Below are positions 19,844-29,525 of a stretch of 64,000 nucleotides of DNA, one piece after another. The stretch comes from Parcubacteria bacterium C7867-008 (GTDB taxonomy: Bacteria > Patescibacteriota > Minisyncoccia > Phycocordibacterales > Phycocordibacteraceae). The notes below the pieces were generated by a model. The model was given only the letters and a program-made list of their open reading frames with translations. It did no database searches and was not told where the DNA came from. A program made the position numbers and the translations under genes. The DNA lies in contig LFCR01000002.1 in NCBI GenBank assembly GCA_001189215.1, forward strand, positions 10,677 to 74,676. The letters run 5' to 3'. Each line of letters starts with the position of its first letter. Position 1 is the first letter of the stretch.

Positions 19844-20137
19844 TTGTACGGGGAAACAGTTATGACCGAAGTGACCACCGAACGCCGGCCTTCTTTCGCC
19901 GAATGCTTTCCTGGAATTACCATCACCAACTTGGACTTGATGGCCTTACCCGAAGGACTTCGTCCTGAACATCGGGGTAATTGGTTCGCAGACGGCCCCA
20001 AGGGGCAGCTCATCGTCGGGAGCGTCGTGAAGGGAGACGTTCTTTGTTGGACCACTTGCTGCAGGGACACCGGGAAGCACGATTGCATTAAACGGCTCGA
20101 AACTGAACTACTCAGTAATGGGTTCGTGAAGAAATAA
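19844..20137 (+). CDS. hypothetical 97-aa Cys-containing protein (alternative start 19862)
   Basis: ORF converging on the terminator at 20155-20180; no recognised family. Confidence 0.3.
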   Translation: MYGETVMTEVTTERRPSFAECFPGITITNLDLMALPEGLRPEHRGNWFADGPKGQLIVGSVVKGDVLCWTTCCRDTGKHDCIKRLETELLSNGFVKK

Positions 20138-20154
20138 GATTCTGAAGGAAAACG

Positions 20155-20180
20155 AAAGCGCGCCAATCCGGGCGCGCTTT
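20155..20180. terminator. intrinsic terminator (aaagcgcgcc/ggcgcgcttt) 25 nt downstream of rpsG, also closing the plus-strand ORF
   Basis: 10-bp GC stem, U-rich flank on the minus strand (cguuuucc). Confidence 0.55.
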
Positions 20181-20204
20181 AACGTTTCTATGTGATTGAG
20201 GAGA

Positions 20205-20654
20205 TTACCAAGCGAAGTGAGCGAATGCCTTGTTGGCGTCTGCCATGCGGTGCATGTCGTCCTTCTTCTTGATTGCTGCACCTTCGTTCTTTACATCAGC
20301 AAGTTTGTCTGCCATAGGCTTACCTTTCTTAGCGCGTGCTGCGTTGATGAGCCATCGGTATGCAAGAGATACACGGCGCTGCTGAGGTACCTCGCGTGGA
20401 ACCTGGTAGTTTGCACCACCGACACGACGTGAACGAACCTCCATGAGTGGTGATACGTTACGGATCGCAGTCTCAAATGTTTCGAGTGGATCAAGATCCT
20501 GTTCCTTGATCTTGTTAAGGGCTCCGTACACAACGGCACGAGCAGTATCCTTCTTACCGTCCCACATTACGGTGTTGATGAAGCGAGAGATTGCTTCAGA
20601 ACCGTACTCTTGGTCCGGGCGGCGAGGATGCTTATTTTTTAGGGGATGTCGCAT
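20205..20654 (-). CDS. rpsG: 30S ribosomal protein S7
   Basis: ...RFINTVMWDGKKDTARAVVYGAL...EVRSRRVGGANYQVP...HRMADANKAFAHFAW. Confidence 0.95.
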   Translation of the reverse strand: MRHPLKNKHPRRPDQEYGSEAISRFINTVMWDGKKDTARAVVYGALNKIKEQDLDPLETFETAIRNVSPLMEVRSRRVGGANYQVPREVPQQRRVSLAYRWLINAARAKKGKPMADKLADVKNEGAAIKKKDDMHRMADANKAFAHFAW

Positions 20655-20656
20655 GA

Positions 20657-20938
20657 TTAAAAATTAAAGAGCTCCTGAAGGTTGTGTCCTTCACCTGGAA
20701 TGTATGCAGTAACTTCCATACCGTTCGTGAGACGTACACGAGCGATCTTACGGATAGCAGAGTTTGGCTTGCGAGGGGTCTTTGTAGTCACCTTGGTGCA
20801 CACGCCACGCTTGAATGGAGCAGCGTAGAACGTAGGGCGGTTCTTCAGTGCATTGAAGCCACGACCAAGAGCCACCACCTTTGTTTTGCGGGTGACCGGC
20901 TTGCGAGACTTCTTTGTGAGCTGATTAAGCGTTGCCAT
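20657..20938 (-). CDS. rpsL: 30S ribosomal protein S12, apparently C-terminally truncated (93 aa; lacks the [24 protein letters not shown]... segment)
   Basis: matches S12 through ...[47 protein letters not shown] then LFNF-stop; S7 ATG follows 2 nt later; no continuation in other frames. Confidence 0.8.
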   Translation of the reverse strand: MATLNQLTKKSRKPVTRKTKVVALGRGFNALKNRPTFYAAPFKRGVCTKVTTKTPRKPNSAIRKIARVRLTNGMEVTAYIPGEGHNLQELFNF

Positions 20939-20947
20939 GTGGTGAAT

Positions 20948-20966
20948 GAAAAACCCGCGCTGCGGG
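20948..20966 (-). terminator. hairpin plus U-tract (gcgcggguuuuuc on the minus strand) between the oxygenase gene and the rpsL ATG
   Basis: plus strand AAAAACCCGCGCTGCGGG; same AAAAACCCGCGC core as the element before rpsS. Confidence 0.45.
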
Positions 20967-20999
20967 ATAGGGAGACTATATAAGAATAGGCCAGAGTCC

Positions 21000-21938
21000 C
21001 TACTCTTTGGAAAGTAAGCCGAGCGCTGCCAAGCGGTCGAGGAGAAATTCCCCCGCTGTCTGAAAGTGATAGATTTCCAGGTCTGAAGGGCCCAGATGGG
21101 CCAACGGAACGATACTGGTGTCGCCTCGCACGTGGCCGAAATGTGGCACAGAGAACCTTTCGAGGCCGGGCTGGCAGACTACACGGTGCTTTCCAGACCG
21201 GTATCTGCCACCGGTCAAATGCTCGAGCATGTCGCCCACATTCACGATCAGAACATTGGGGTTCGTGATATGAGCAGACATCCACTCACCCTCGTGCCAG
21301 AGCTGGAGCCCTGGCTCTCGAGCGAGCAGCAGCGTGAGCATGTTGATGTCCGTGTGCGCTGCCGCACACATCCCAACAATATTCCCTCCCCGCCGTATCG
21401 CGGCGTCATCGTCTTGCGGATTATCGTGTGCAGGATAATGAAGCGCTCGCGTAAGGCTGTCACCCTCCAGAAAGTCGAAATGATTCCCTGGTAAACCGAG
21501 CGACAGGGCCACACCCTGCATGACCAAGCGATACACCCGAGTGAATTCCTCGTACAACATCTGTTGCGTCAGGGTGAACGAAGGAAGTTCTTCCACATCC
21601 GGGCACTCACCCTTATGCGTGTGCCAGAAATGTTTCAGATCTTCGGTGGCCGCTCCTTCAGCGCGTTCAATGTTCATTGGTGTATATCCCATCTGGCCGT
21701 GAGATCCGGGGACAATGTACTTCGAGCGCTGTTCAGGAGTGAGCTGCGTGAAGAACGCATGCATTGCTCTCGTCGCCTTTTCAATTAGCTGTTGCGAGAT
21801 GCCGTGATTCTCCAGGAAGAGAAAACCTGTCTGGCCAAATGCTTTACGAAGACTTTCCACGAACAAATCAACACGTTCAGGATCACCGGACGTCAGTGAG
21901 CCGAGGTTCAACGTGAGAATGGGAGCACTCTTTGACAT
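21000..21938 (-). CDS. 2-oxoglutarate/Fe(II)-dependent oxygenase (isopenicillin-N-synthase-like family)
   Basis: [10 protein letters not shown] ... H motif pattern and overall 2OG-FeII_Oxy layout; start taken at [13 protein letters not shown]. Confidence 0.7.
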   Translation of the reverse strand: MSKSAPILTLNLGSLTSGDPERVDLFVESLRKAFGQTGFLFLENHGISQQLIEKATRAMHAFFTQLTPEQRSKYIVPGSHGQMGYTPMNIERAEGAATEDLKHFWHTHKGECPDVEELPSFTLTQQMLYEEFTRVYRLVMQGVALSLGLPGNHFDFLEGDSLTRALHYPAHDNPQDDDAAIRRGGNIVGMCAAAHTDINMLTLLLAREPGLQLWHEGEWMSAHITNPNVLIVNVGDMLEHLTGGRYRSGKHRVVCQPGLERFSVPHFGHVRGDTSIVPLAHLGPSDLEIYHFQTAGEFLLDRLAALGLLSKE

Positions 21939-22099
21939 TGCTAAGACCCTTTGATTAGCCGGCAGCGCCGAGCGTGAAAACGTTATCCGCATGCAGCCTA
22001 ACAATGTAGGAGGGATACGTAAATCCCCAGATAATTATCAGTGAATATTTACTTCCCTCTTACGGTCCTCATATCACCTTTTGGCTAGAGTGCGGTCAT

Positions 22100-25051
22100 A
22101 TGAATACCATCATTTCCACCTTCTTCCGTTCTCTTGTGTCTGCATTCCTACTTATATCTCTGATACTAGAAATGATCCTACCTGGTATCGCTGAGGCAGC
22201 AGTAACTCCCCCTACTGACCCTCCTATATATGCTGAGTTCAACTTCACATATCCATATTGGTATCACCCGGTGATTGGTGGGGGCCAAGATGCAGTGAAA
22301 TTTGGCGACACCGTTCAAACAAGTGGATTGGTTCGTAGTGACGCAAAAATCACGAGCATAACAATTGATGCAACAGAACTAGGAATCTCTGAATTAATTG
22401 AATACCCCGTACTGTATAACCCTACTGAACAACTCTATCCATTTGGAGCAGCATTACATGTTAGAACACACGCAAACGGTACTGCAAAACTACGCGTCAC
22501 AATTATCGATGAACATGGCAACAAGAATATACAGGTACAGACATTGAAACTTGATAACACGCCCGCAGTCATTCGTATTGATGACACGCGTTACGCAACA
22601 ACCTCAGGTGCAACGGGCACGTTACTGGTATCTGGTTCACTTGATGAAAACGAAACAAAACTCTATGCCTATGACTATCGCTATGTACTCTACGGTGCTG
22701 ATCACACCGAAATTGATAGCGGGAGTCTTGAACAGCGCGCAGAAGGTGTCCAAGCATTTACTGATCTACCAAAAGGTCCTTTTACTGATTATTCAGTACG
22801 ACTTGGTTCCTATCCGCTCGATCGTCATCCGGAGGCAGTATATGTAGCAATACGCTTGGTTATGCGTGATGGTGCAGGAAATGACACCGTTGCATTTGGA
22901 CCAATGGTCGCGCTATCTGGAACAACCACTCCCACTCTTCCAGAGATACCGCATGGAACTGGTGTATCGAGTGTTCTATTTCTTCCAGGTATTGAAGGAA
23001 GTCGTCTATATCGAACTACTGATGGATGCTCACCAACCCAAAGCTCATGTGTTGAACAAAAACTGTGGGATCCATCAGGAACTACGGATGTGCGTGATCT
23101 GTACCTAAACGAGAATGGCACTAGTGTTCGCCCAGACATATACACAAAGGCGGGAGATTCAATAAACAATGTCTTGTTATTTAAATTCTATGAATCATTC
23201 GCAAAGGATATGGATTCCTTTCGAAGTGCTGGGGCGATGACTGAATGGCGTTCTGTTGCGTATGACTGGCGACTATCCCTCAACGACGTTGTTTCAAAAG
23301 GTGCACAGCACGATTCACGCATCTACTACAGCGAGGCAACCAGCACGCCGTATATAGTACAAACGCTACGTGAACTGGCGTCTCGTTCGAAGACGGGAAA
23401 AGTGACGATTGTTGCCCATTCAAATGGTGGTCTCGTTGCAAAGACCTTGCTTGAAAAGATTGGAGCCACAGAGACAGCGCGATTGATAGACAACGTGATA
23501 CTGGTAGGAACACCCCAAAGTGGTGCACCTCAATCAATTGCCGGTCTTTTACATGGATACGGTACGGCACTTCCTGCGGACTGGTGTTCAACTTGGGCCG
23601 TAGTGGGAGCACTGTGTTCTAAGAATGTGTCGCGTACACGCGCACGAGCACTAGCAGAGAACATGCCCGGTACTTATCACCTTCTTCCTTCACTTTCCTA
23701 TTTCGATCTGGTGCGTGACGCCTTACATCCACTCATCGCTTTCACTACGAACAATGCATACCGTGCGGAACGAACAGCCTATGGTCGCACTATCGATTCT
23801 GAAAGTGAACTGTTTAAATTCCTCACCGCACAGGAAGGTGGAAGAACAAAACCTATTCCGAGTGAACTATCGAAACCAAATGTATTAAATGCATTACTAC
23901 TCTCATACACACACGACACACATGGAGTGATTGATGCGTGGACGCCACCTCCAAGCGTGCAGGTATATCAGATTGGTGGTTGGGGCATAGACACACTATC
24001 TGGAATTGAATACTACGACCGCAAGAAACCTAGTGGTGCTCCGGGTGAGACTGTCGTTGCGTATCGCCCTGCATTTGTAGAGGATGGTGACGCTACGGTA
24101 CCAATCCCCAGTGCACTACTCATGCCGGTAGCATCAAATGTAAAACGCTACTGGTTAGATCTGTCTGGCTCAGCACTTCTTGCATCCCTTGCAGGCATTC
24201 GTCACGCCAACCTCCTTGAATCTGATCAACTGCGTGTGTTTATTGGAAATATACTTCTTGCAAAACAGACTACGCTTCCCCGCTCAATAACCACCACACA
24301 GCCAGCAACGATAAATCCTAAAAAGAAATTACTCTTCATGCTGCGCGGACCAGCCACACTGCATGCCTATGATCGAAATGGAAGACACACCGGACAAAGT
24401 GTGGATGGTCCACTTGAAGAAAGTATTCCTGGGACAACATACGGAGAGATTGGTGAAACTAAATATATTCTTGCCGTAGCGGACGACACCTACCAAATCG
24501 TTGCACGAGGATTTGAAGCAGGTATTGCAAGTCTTGAAATTGAAGAGCAGAGCGAAGACACATCCATTGCATCAAGCACATATGAAACAACAACTAGTAT
24601 GAGTAGCGAAGTATCACTAACGATTACAAACGGTATTGAAGGAACAATAGGATTTGAGGATACCGAATCCACTTCAACCATCCCTGTTCTTTCACCGATT
24701 CAAGAGGAGAATGGTGAACGTCATTCTGGAAAAAGTTCTTCATTGCACAGCACATCTAGTACCGAACTAATAATTAGTGAGACACCACGGCATGTTCCTG
24801 CACCCGTTAGTATTGAGATTCCAGTTGGATCTGATGCTGAAACTGCTAAAGAAGAAGTGGTTTCAACTACAAGCACATCGTCTGTGGTACCACTGACAGC
24901 ATCTACCGAACTTTCGGTATCTCGTAAAAGAAATTCACGCATGACCGCCAGTGCACTGGTACCTGTACAAGACTTTGTCTACGAATTACTTGCAGCAATC
25001 TTGAAACTACTTAGTTCTATACTGTCGCTTATCTCAAGTATCTGGAAGTAA
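22100..25051 (+). CDS. large secreted alpha/beta-hydrolase (LCAT/PGAP1-like lipase or esterase fold) with Ser/Thr-rich region and C-terminal hydrophobic anchor
   Basis: signal peptide; LFLPGIEGSRL and TIVAHSNGGLVAK (GxSxG nucleophile elbow); C-terminal LAAILKLLSSILSLISSIW. Confidence 0.65.
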   Translation: MNTIISTFFRSLVSAFLLISLILEMILPGIAEAAVTPPTDPPIYAEFNFTYPYWYHPVIGGGQDAVKFGDTVQTSGLVRSDAKITSITIDATELGISELIEYPVLYNPTEQLYPFGAALHVRTHANGTAKLRVTIIDEHGNKNIQVQTLKLDNTPAVIRIDDTRYATTSGATGTLLVSGSLDENETKLYAYDYRYVLYGADHTEIDSGSLEQRAEGVQAFTDLPKGPFTDYSVRLGSYPLDRHPEAVYVAIRLVMRDGAGNDTVAFGPMVALSGTTTPTLPEIPHGTGVSSVLFLPGIEGSRLYRTTDGCSPTQSSCVEQKLWDPSGTTDVRDLYLNENGTSVRPDIYTKAGDSINNVLLFKFYESFAKDMDSFRSAGAMTEWRSVAYDWRLSLNDVVSKGAQHDSRIYYSEATSTPYIVQTLRELASRSKTGKVTIVAHSNGGLVAKTLLEKIGATETARLIDNVILVGTPQSGAPQSIAGLLHGYGTALPADWCSTWAVVGALCSKNVSRTRARALAENMPGTYHLLPSLSYFDLVRDALHPLIAFTTNNAYRAERTAYGRTIDSESELFKFLTAQEGGRTKPIPSELSKPNVLNALLLSYTHDTHGVIDAWTPPPSVQVYQIGGWGIDTLSGIEYYDRKKPSGAPGETVVAYRPAFVEDGDATVPIPSALLMPVASNVKRYWLDLSGSALLASLAGIRHANLLESDQLRVFIGNILLAKQTTLPRSITTTQPATINPKKKLLFMLRGPATLHAYDRNGRHTGQSVDGPLEESIPGTTYGEIGETKYILAVADDTYQIVARGFEAGIASLEIEEQSEDTSIASSTYETTTSMSSEVSLTITNGIEGTIGFEDTESTSTIPVLSPIQEENGERHSGKSSSLHSTSSTELIISETPRHVPAPVSIEIPVGSDAETAKEEVVSTTSTSSVVPLTASTELSVSRKRNSRMTASALVPVQDFVYELLAAILKLLSSILSLISSIWK

Positions 25052-25684
25052 TTACGCACCAATCAAGAAACGGAAAACATGTGTCACAAAATATGAGAAC
25101 GGTGCTGCAAGGAAATAACTGAAGACCAGCAACACAACAATAAGTGTTATGACACCTCCCTGACGAAGTCGTTCTTCAAATTCAAGAAACGCCATGGCGT
25201 TCTTCGGAGGAATAAGTCCACGAAGGAAAGTGTACCCATCAAGCGGCGGAATAGGGATCAGATTAAAGAGGCCAAGATAGAGATTCACGAGTGTAACAAT
25301 AGAGGCAAGTGCGGCAAACGATTCCATGCCGTTTGCAAAGGCAAATCGAGCCAGAAGTGCAAAAAACACTGCAAGCAGAAGGTTAGTGCCCACTCCAGCT
25401 ACTGCAACAAATGCTTCACCGTAGCGCTGATTCCTTAGATTAAAAGGGTTATATGGGACCGGTTTTGCCCAACCAAACAAGAATCCTGAGTTTGTTAGAA
25501 CCAAAATAGCAGGCAGAATAACGGAACCAATGGGGTCTAAATGACGAATAGGATTGAGTGTGAGGCGTCCTGCCAGCTTTGCTGTTGGATCTCCCAACGC
25601 GTATGCCGCGTACGCATGAGCAACCTCATGGATTATGACTGACATTATAAGGACAGCGATGGTGAAAAAGGCCTCTGGTTGCAT
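25052..25684 (-). CDS. site-2 protease family (M50) zinc metalloprotease
   Basis: HEVAHAYAA ... LDG motifs, multi-TM. Confidence 0.8.
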   Translation of the reverse strand: MQPEAFFTIAVLIMSVIIHEVAHAYAAYALGDPTAKLAGRLTLNPIRHLDPIGSVILPAILVLTNSGFLFGWAKPVPYNPFNLRNQRYGEAFVAVAGVGTNLLLAVFFALLARFAFANGMESFAALASIVTLVNLYLGLFNLIPIPPLDGYTFLRGLIPPKNAMAFLEFEERLRQGGVITLIVVLLVFSYFLAAPFSYFVTHVFRFLIGA

Positions 25685-25715
25685 GTGAAGAATGATATGG
25701 TACCATGCGGAAACT

Positions 25716-25958
25716 ATGGCACGAAGCTGCGCAATTACAGGAAAGACTACTCAGGTAGGCGGACGGTACTCTAACCGTACGCGTGCTACTGAGTTCAATC
25801 CAACCGGAAAGGTACGACGTCATGCTAATCTTCAGAAGCGTAATATCTTCGTTCCTGAACTCGGTCAGAGCTTCCTCATTGATATTTCAACTTCTGCGCT
25901 CCGCACCATCAAAAAGAACGGTGCATACGCGACACTTCGCAAAGCAGGTCTTATCTAA
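25716..25958 (+). CDS. rpmB: 50S ribosomal protein L28
   Basis: MARSCAITGKTTQVGGRYSNRTRATEFNPTGKVRRHANLQKRNIFVPE... Confidence 0.85.
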   Translation: MARSCAITGKTTQVGGRYSNRTRATEFNPTGKVRRHANLQKRNIFVPELGQSFLIDISTSALRTIKKNGAYATLRKAGLI

Positions 25959-26001
25959 GAGCAACGAAAGAAAAACCGCCTCTACTTGGGGCTGTTTTTC
26001 T

Positions 26002-26868
26002 TTATCTCTGTGTCTTTGTTTGTACCGCTACTCCGTCACTCACAAAGCGAATAGTTCCTGAATCAATAGTCGAATAAACAGTTGCACCTTCCCTTTGTAT
26101 TCGTTCAAGTACTTCAGGATTTGGATGTCCATATGTATTTCCCTTCCCTGCTGAAATAGCGACTATGGATGGTTGCACCGCCGTAAGCCATACAGCATCT
26201 GTAGAATGTTTTGATCCGTGGTGACCTGCTTTTAATACATCACTTTCTAGTCCCTCAGTACCATACCGACTCATAAGGTAGTCCTCCTGTTCTGATGGAA
26301 GATCGCCAGTTAAAAGAAAAGAGGTATCTCCGTACACTACACGCATCGTCACAGAGCCTGCATTAGTTTCTCCTTTGGACACATCGTGATCTGGGTACAA
26401 GACATCTGCGTACGCAGTACCCCCAAGATGAATACGCATTCCTCTACGAGCAATAAAACTCTTGGCATTTGGTTCACGCATAACGGAATCTTCAACGGTA
26501 TGCGTGATGGCTGTGTCGTTTGAGATACCTGGACTTAAGAAATATGAAATAACATACGTACCAAATACTCCCGGAAGTCCTGCAATATGGTCTTTATCTG
26601 GGTGTGTCTCAACAACGAGATCTATGGATCTATCCAGTATTCCTATTTCTTTTGGTAGTTGTCGAGACACCGAACGATCGGGGCCAGCATCTATAAGCAT
26701 TTGAATACCAGTGGGACCTTGTACTAAAATTGAATCTCCCTGCCCAACATCAAGAATCGAAACACGTAATGACTGATCGTTGTGTACAAATACTGTATGC
26801 CACACAAACACGTTCATAGCAGTAGCTACTGCAATGATGCACACTAGCGCGCCATAGGAGATTCGCAT
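26002..26868 (-). CDS. ComEC/Rec2-related protein, metallo-beta-lactamase domain only, with N-terminal TM helix
   Basis: ILDVGQGDSILVQ...VVETHPDKDHIAG...KAGHHGSKHS MBL motifs. Confidence 0.8.
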   Translation of the reverse strand: MRISYGALVCIIAVATAMNVFVWHTVFVHNDQSLRVSILDVGQGDSILVQGPTGIQMLIDAGPDRSVSRQLPKEIGILDRSIDLVVETHPDKDHIAGLPGVFGTYVISYFLSPGISNDTAITHTVEDSVMREPNAKSFIARRGMRIHLGGTAYADVLYPDHDVSKGETNAGSVTMRVVYGDTSFLLTGDLPSEQEDYLMSRYGTEGLESDVLKAGHHGSKHSTDAVWLTAVQPSIVAISAGKGNTYGHPNPEVLERIQREGATVYSTIDSGTIRFVSDGVAVQTKTQR

Positions 26869-26871
26869 GGG

Positions 26872-27231
26872 CTAGTGCACCGTTTCATTCGGTATATTGA
26901 GCTGATCAAGTATTTCATCTAATGCATTCACATCAGACAGATCAATTGACTCAGATGTCTCTGCAGCCTTTTCCAGGAATGCGCGATATCTCGCATTTAT
27001 CGCAGTTTTCTCATCTCCATCGAGCCAACGACTCATCGCTTCCTCGCGAATGGCGCTACTTACGGCACGGGGTTCACGTTCATCCATTTGCACACCAGGA
27101 TGCGATCGTCGGTACAGACGTAGCGCGAGCATTGCTTGAAGCTTAAATCCAGCTTCTGAAATAAGTACGTGTACATCACGGGACTCTGAGTGTTGAATCG
27201 GGCGTTCCGGTAATGCTTCGCTCATAGACAT
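26872..27231 (-). CDS. hypothetical 119-aa acidic protein
   Basis: ORF only. Confidence 0.35.
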   Translation of the reverse strand: MSMSEALPERPIQHSESRDVHVLISEAGFKLQAMLALRLYRRSHPGVQMDEREPRAVSSAIREEAMSRWLDGDEKTAINARYRAFLEKAAETSESIDLSDVNALDEILDQLNIPNETVH

Positions 27232-27348
27232 AAGTATATCTTGTTGCCAGATAGGAATCTGCAGATCTCAGCAAGCTTTTATATAGGGCTTATTTTGTAC
27301 TTATTTTTAAAAGCGTATACTTATATCTATCTCATAACCAGCCGAACC

Positions 27349-27945
27349 ATGACCTACATCGCACGAACATTTAACCTTCCAGAGCTTAAAGGACTTTCCA
27401 AGAAACAGATTGATATACACCTTGCTCTCTATGAGGGGTATGTAAAACACACGAATCTTATTACCGAGAAGATTGAGAAGCTCCGAGAAGAAGATGCTGA
27501 AGGTAACGCGTACCTTATGGCAGAACTACGTCGCCGTCTTGGATTTGAGTTTGATGGCATGCGTATGCACGAGTATTATTTCGAACAATTCGAAGGAGAT
27601 ATGACATCTCAGGATTCAAGTCATCCGCTTACGGAAGCAGTAACCGACCGCTACGGTTCATGGGAAAAGTTTATTGCACACATCAAGGAAGTGGCTGGCA
27701 CGCGTGGTATCGGTTGGACGGTCGTATATTACGATCCACGCGGTCGTGCAATCCACACGGTTTGGGTCAATGATCATGAAGTTGGTCAGCTTGCAGGACT
27801 CCCTATCTTACTTGCGCTTGATATGTGGGAGCACGCATACATGGTTGATTACGTTCCTGCAGATAAGAAATCATACGTAGAAGCATTTCTTGATAACGTA
27901 AACTGGTGCGTTCCAGAAGGTCGTTTCCTCGATGCAGTAACCTAA
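27349..27945 (+). CDS. Fe/Mn superoxide dismutase family protein
   Basis: C-terminal DMWEHAYMVDY...NVNW signature; N-terminal LPELKG...IH..Y..YV; start at MTYIARTFNLPELKG. Confidence 0.7.
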   Translation: MTYIARTFNLPELKGLSKKQIDIHLALYEGYVKHTNLITEKIEKLREEDAEGNAYLMAELRRRLGFEFDGMRMHEYYFEQFEGDMTSQDSSHPLTEAVTDRYGSWEKFIAHIKEVAGTRGIGWTVVYYDPRGRAIHTVWVNDHEVGQLAGLPILLALDMWEHAYMVDYVPADKKSYVEAFLDNVNWCVPEGRFLDAVT

Positions 27946-29471
27946 TACGCAGTTCCATAGAATCGCCCCGCACTCTCTGTGTGCGGGGCGATTTCTTTTT
28001 GCTTCCATACCCACCACCCTAAAATTCCATACGTAGGGATCAGTAACCACGCAGAGAATGCTGGAATGATGACGTTTGCAAATGGTACCGATGCACCAAT
28101 CTCAGCAATATGGATCACATACGTGAGTAGTAGATATGCGGGAACGCCAGCTATGAGTGCAATCAGGGGTGCATAGCTTGAGAACAGAAATGCGCACACT
28201 GCACTAAGTGCCGATGCAGCCATAGCAGCAGGCAGTACGGGCATAGCAAGAAGATTTGCCGGTATGGCAACGAATGAAAGATTACCACTCTGGTACAACA
28301 AGACCGGGAGTACTGCTGCTTGTGCTGCAAGTGTAGTGGCAACCATCTCGTGAAGGGTCGGGTTATGAATCCAATGAAGTCGATTGCCGATATGAGTCGA
28401 ACCGAGTATCAACCCAAGTGTTGCCATAAAAGAGAGTTGTAGGCCGGGATCAAATACCAGTAACGAAGGATTAACCAGAAGCATAAGTACGAGTGCAACA
28501 AAGAGCGAACGTAGTACGTCATACGTTCGAGCAGCACCACGAGCAAATAGTGCAATGAGTGCCATGATACCCGCACGCACGGCTGCCGTTCCTGCACCAG
28601 CGGCAAGTACAAAAAGTGCTATCACCAGAGCAGCAAGTATGAGCGCGGTCTTCTTAGGTAGTTTTCGTAAAACAACAAGAACACCTTCAGCAACAATCAT
28701 GACGTTGTATCCAGAGAGCACAACAATCTGAAGCATCCCGGTAATCGTAAACGCATCAAGGAGTTGTGCACCTAATCCCTGCTTCCCCCCTGCAAGGATC
28801 CCTATAGCAAGCGCACTCTCTGGTTCAGGAATCGATTGTCGTATCGCACGAACAAAACCATCTTTTACATATTCAAGACTACGGAGAAATACAAACCATG
28901 GGCGCGTATCACGACCAACAATCTCAACGTTTGCAGGAGACGCTAAACCAAACACACCGTCTTTCGCAAGAAATTGATCGTATCGAAACACTCTTCCTCC
29001 ATCACCATCAAAAGGTTCGGGTGATTTTATGGTTCCTGTTACACGAACACGATCTCCCACATGATAGGTGTCTCGCAAAGATGCGCTTGCAATGATGCGT
29101 GTTGATTCTCCACCCTGTTCGATTTCAACCGTTAGCCGGTTACTAGATTCTCGTGTGTCTGGAGGAACAACTATCACCCCTTCAACAACAGACTTAGTAC
29201 CAAGAAGTGACGCGAATGGATATGGAATGCGGGTGGGCACGTAGTGGGTACGAATAGTCCCAATGCCAAACGCAACCAACGCAACACATAGCACGAATAG
29301 ATATTGATGTTTAAGTTCTAAAGTTTTCCTGAAGGTGAATAGTTGTACTCCACAGAAAAATCCTAGGAGGAGAAATACTATTGAGACAGTAGTAGGTATC
29401 GAGTGCACTGATTCTAAAAAGATGCCAGACAAGAATCCACTTACTGCAGCATAAAAGTACGGTGCACCCAT
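27942..29471 (-). CDS. comEC: ComEC/Rec2 membrane channel part (DUF4131 plus competence domain), lacking the MBL domain
   Basis: about 10 TM helices, OB-like N-terminal region, competence-domain layout. Confidence 0.75.
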   Translation of the reverse strand: MGAPYFYAAVSGFLSGIFLESVHSIPTTVSIVFLLLGFFCGVQLFTFRKTLELKHQYLFVLCVALVAFGIGTIRTHYVPTRIPYPFASLLGTKSVVEGVIVVPPDTRESSNRLTVEIEQGGESTRIIASASLRDTYHVGDRVRVTGTIKSPEPFDGDGGRVFRYDQFLAKDGVFGLASPANVEIVGRDTRPWFVFLRSLEYVKDGFVRAIRQSIPEPESALAIGILAGGKQGLGAQLLDAFTITGMLQIVVLSGYNVMIVAEGVLVVLRKLPKKTALILAALVIALFVLAAGAGTAAVRAGIMALIALFARGAARTYDVLRSLFVALVLMLLVNPSLLVFDPGLQLSFMATLGLILGSTHIGNRLHWIHNPTLHEMVATTLAAQAAVLPVLLYQSGNLSFVAIPANLLAMPVLPAAMAASALSAVCAFLFSSYAPLIALIAGVPAYLLLTYVIHIAEIGASVPFANVIIPAFSAWLLIPTYGILGWWVWKQKEIAPHTESAGRFYGTAY

Positions 29472-29525
29472 GCCAGAAGCATAGACGCGCGATGTTCAAA
29501 TTACCGTAATGGGATTCTAAAGAAA

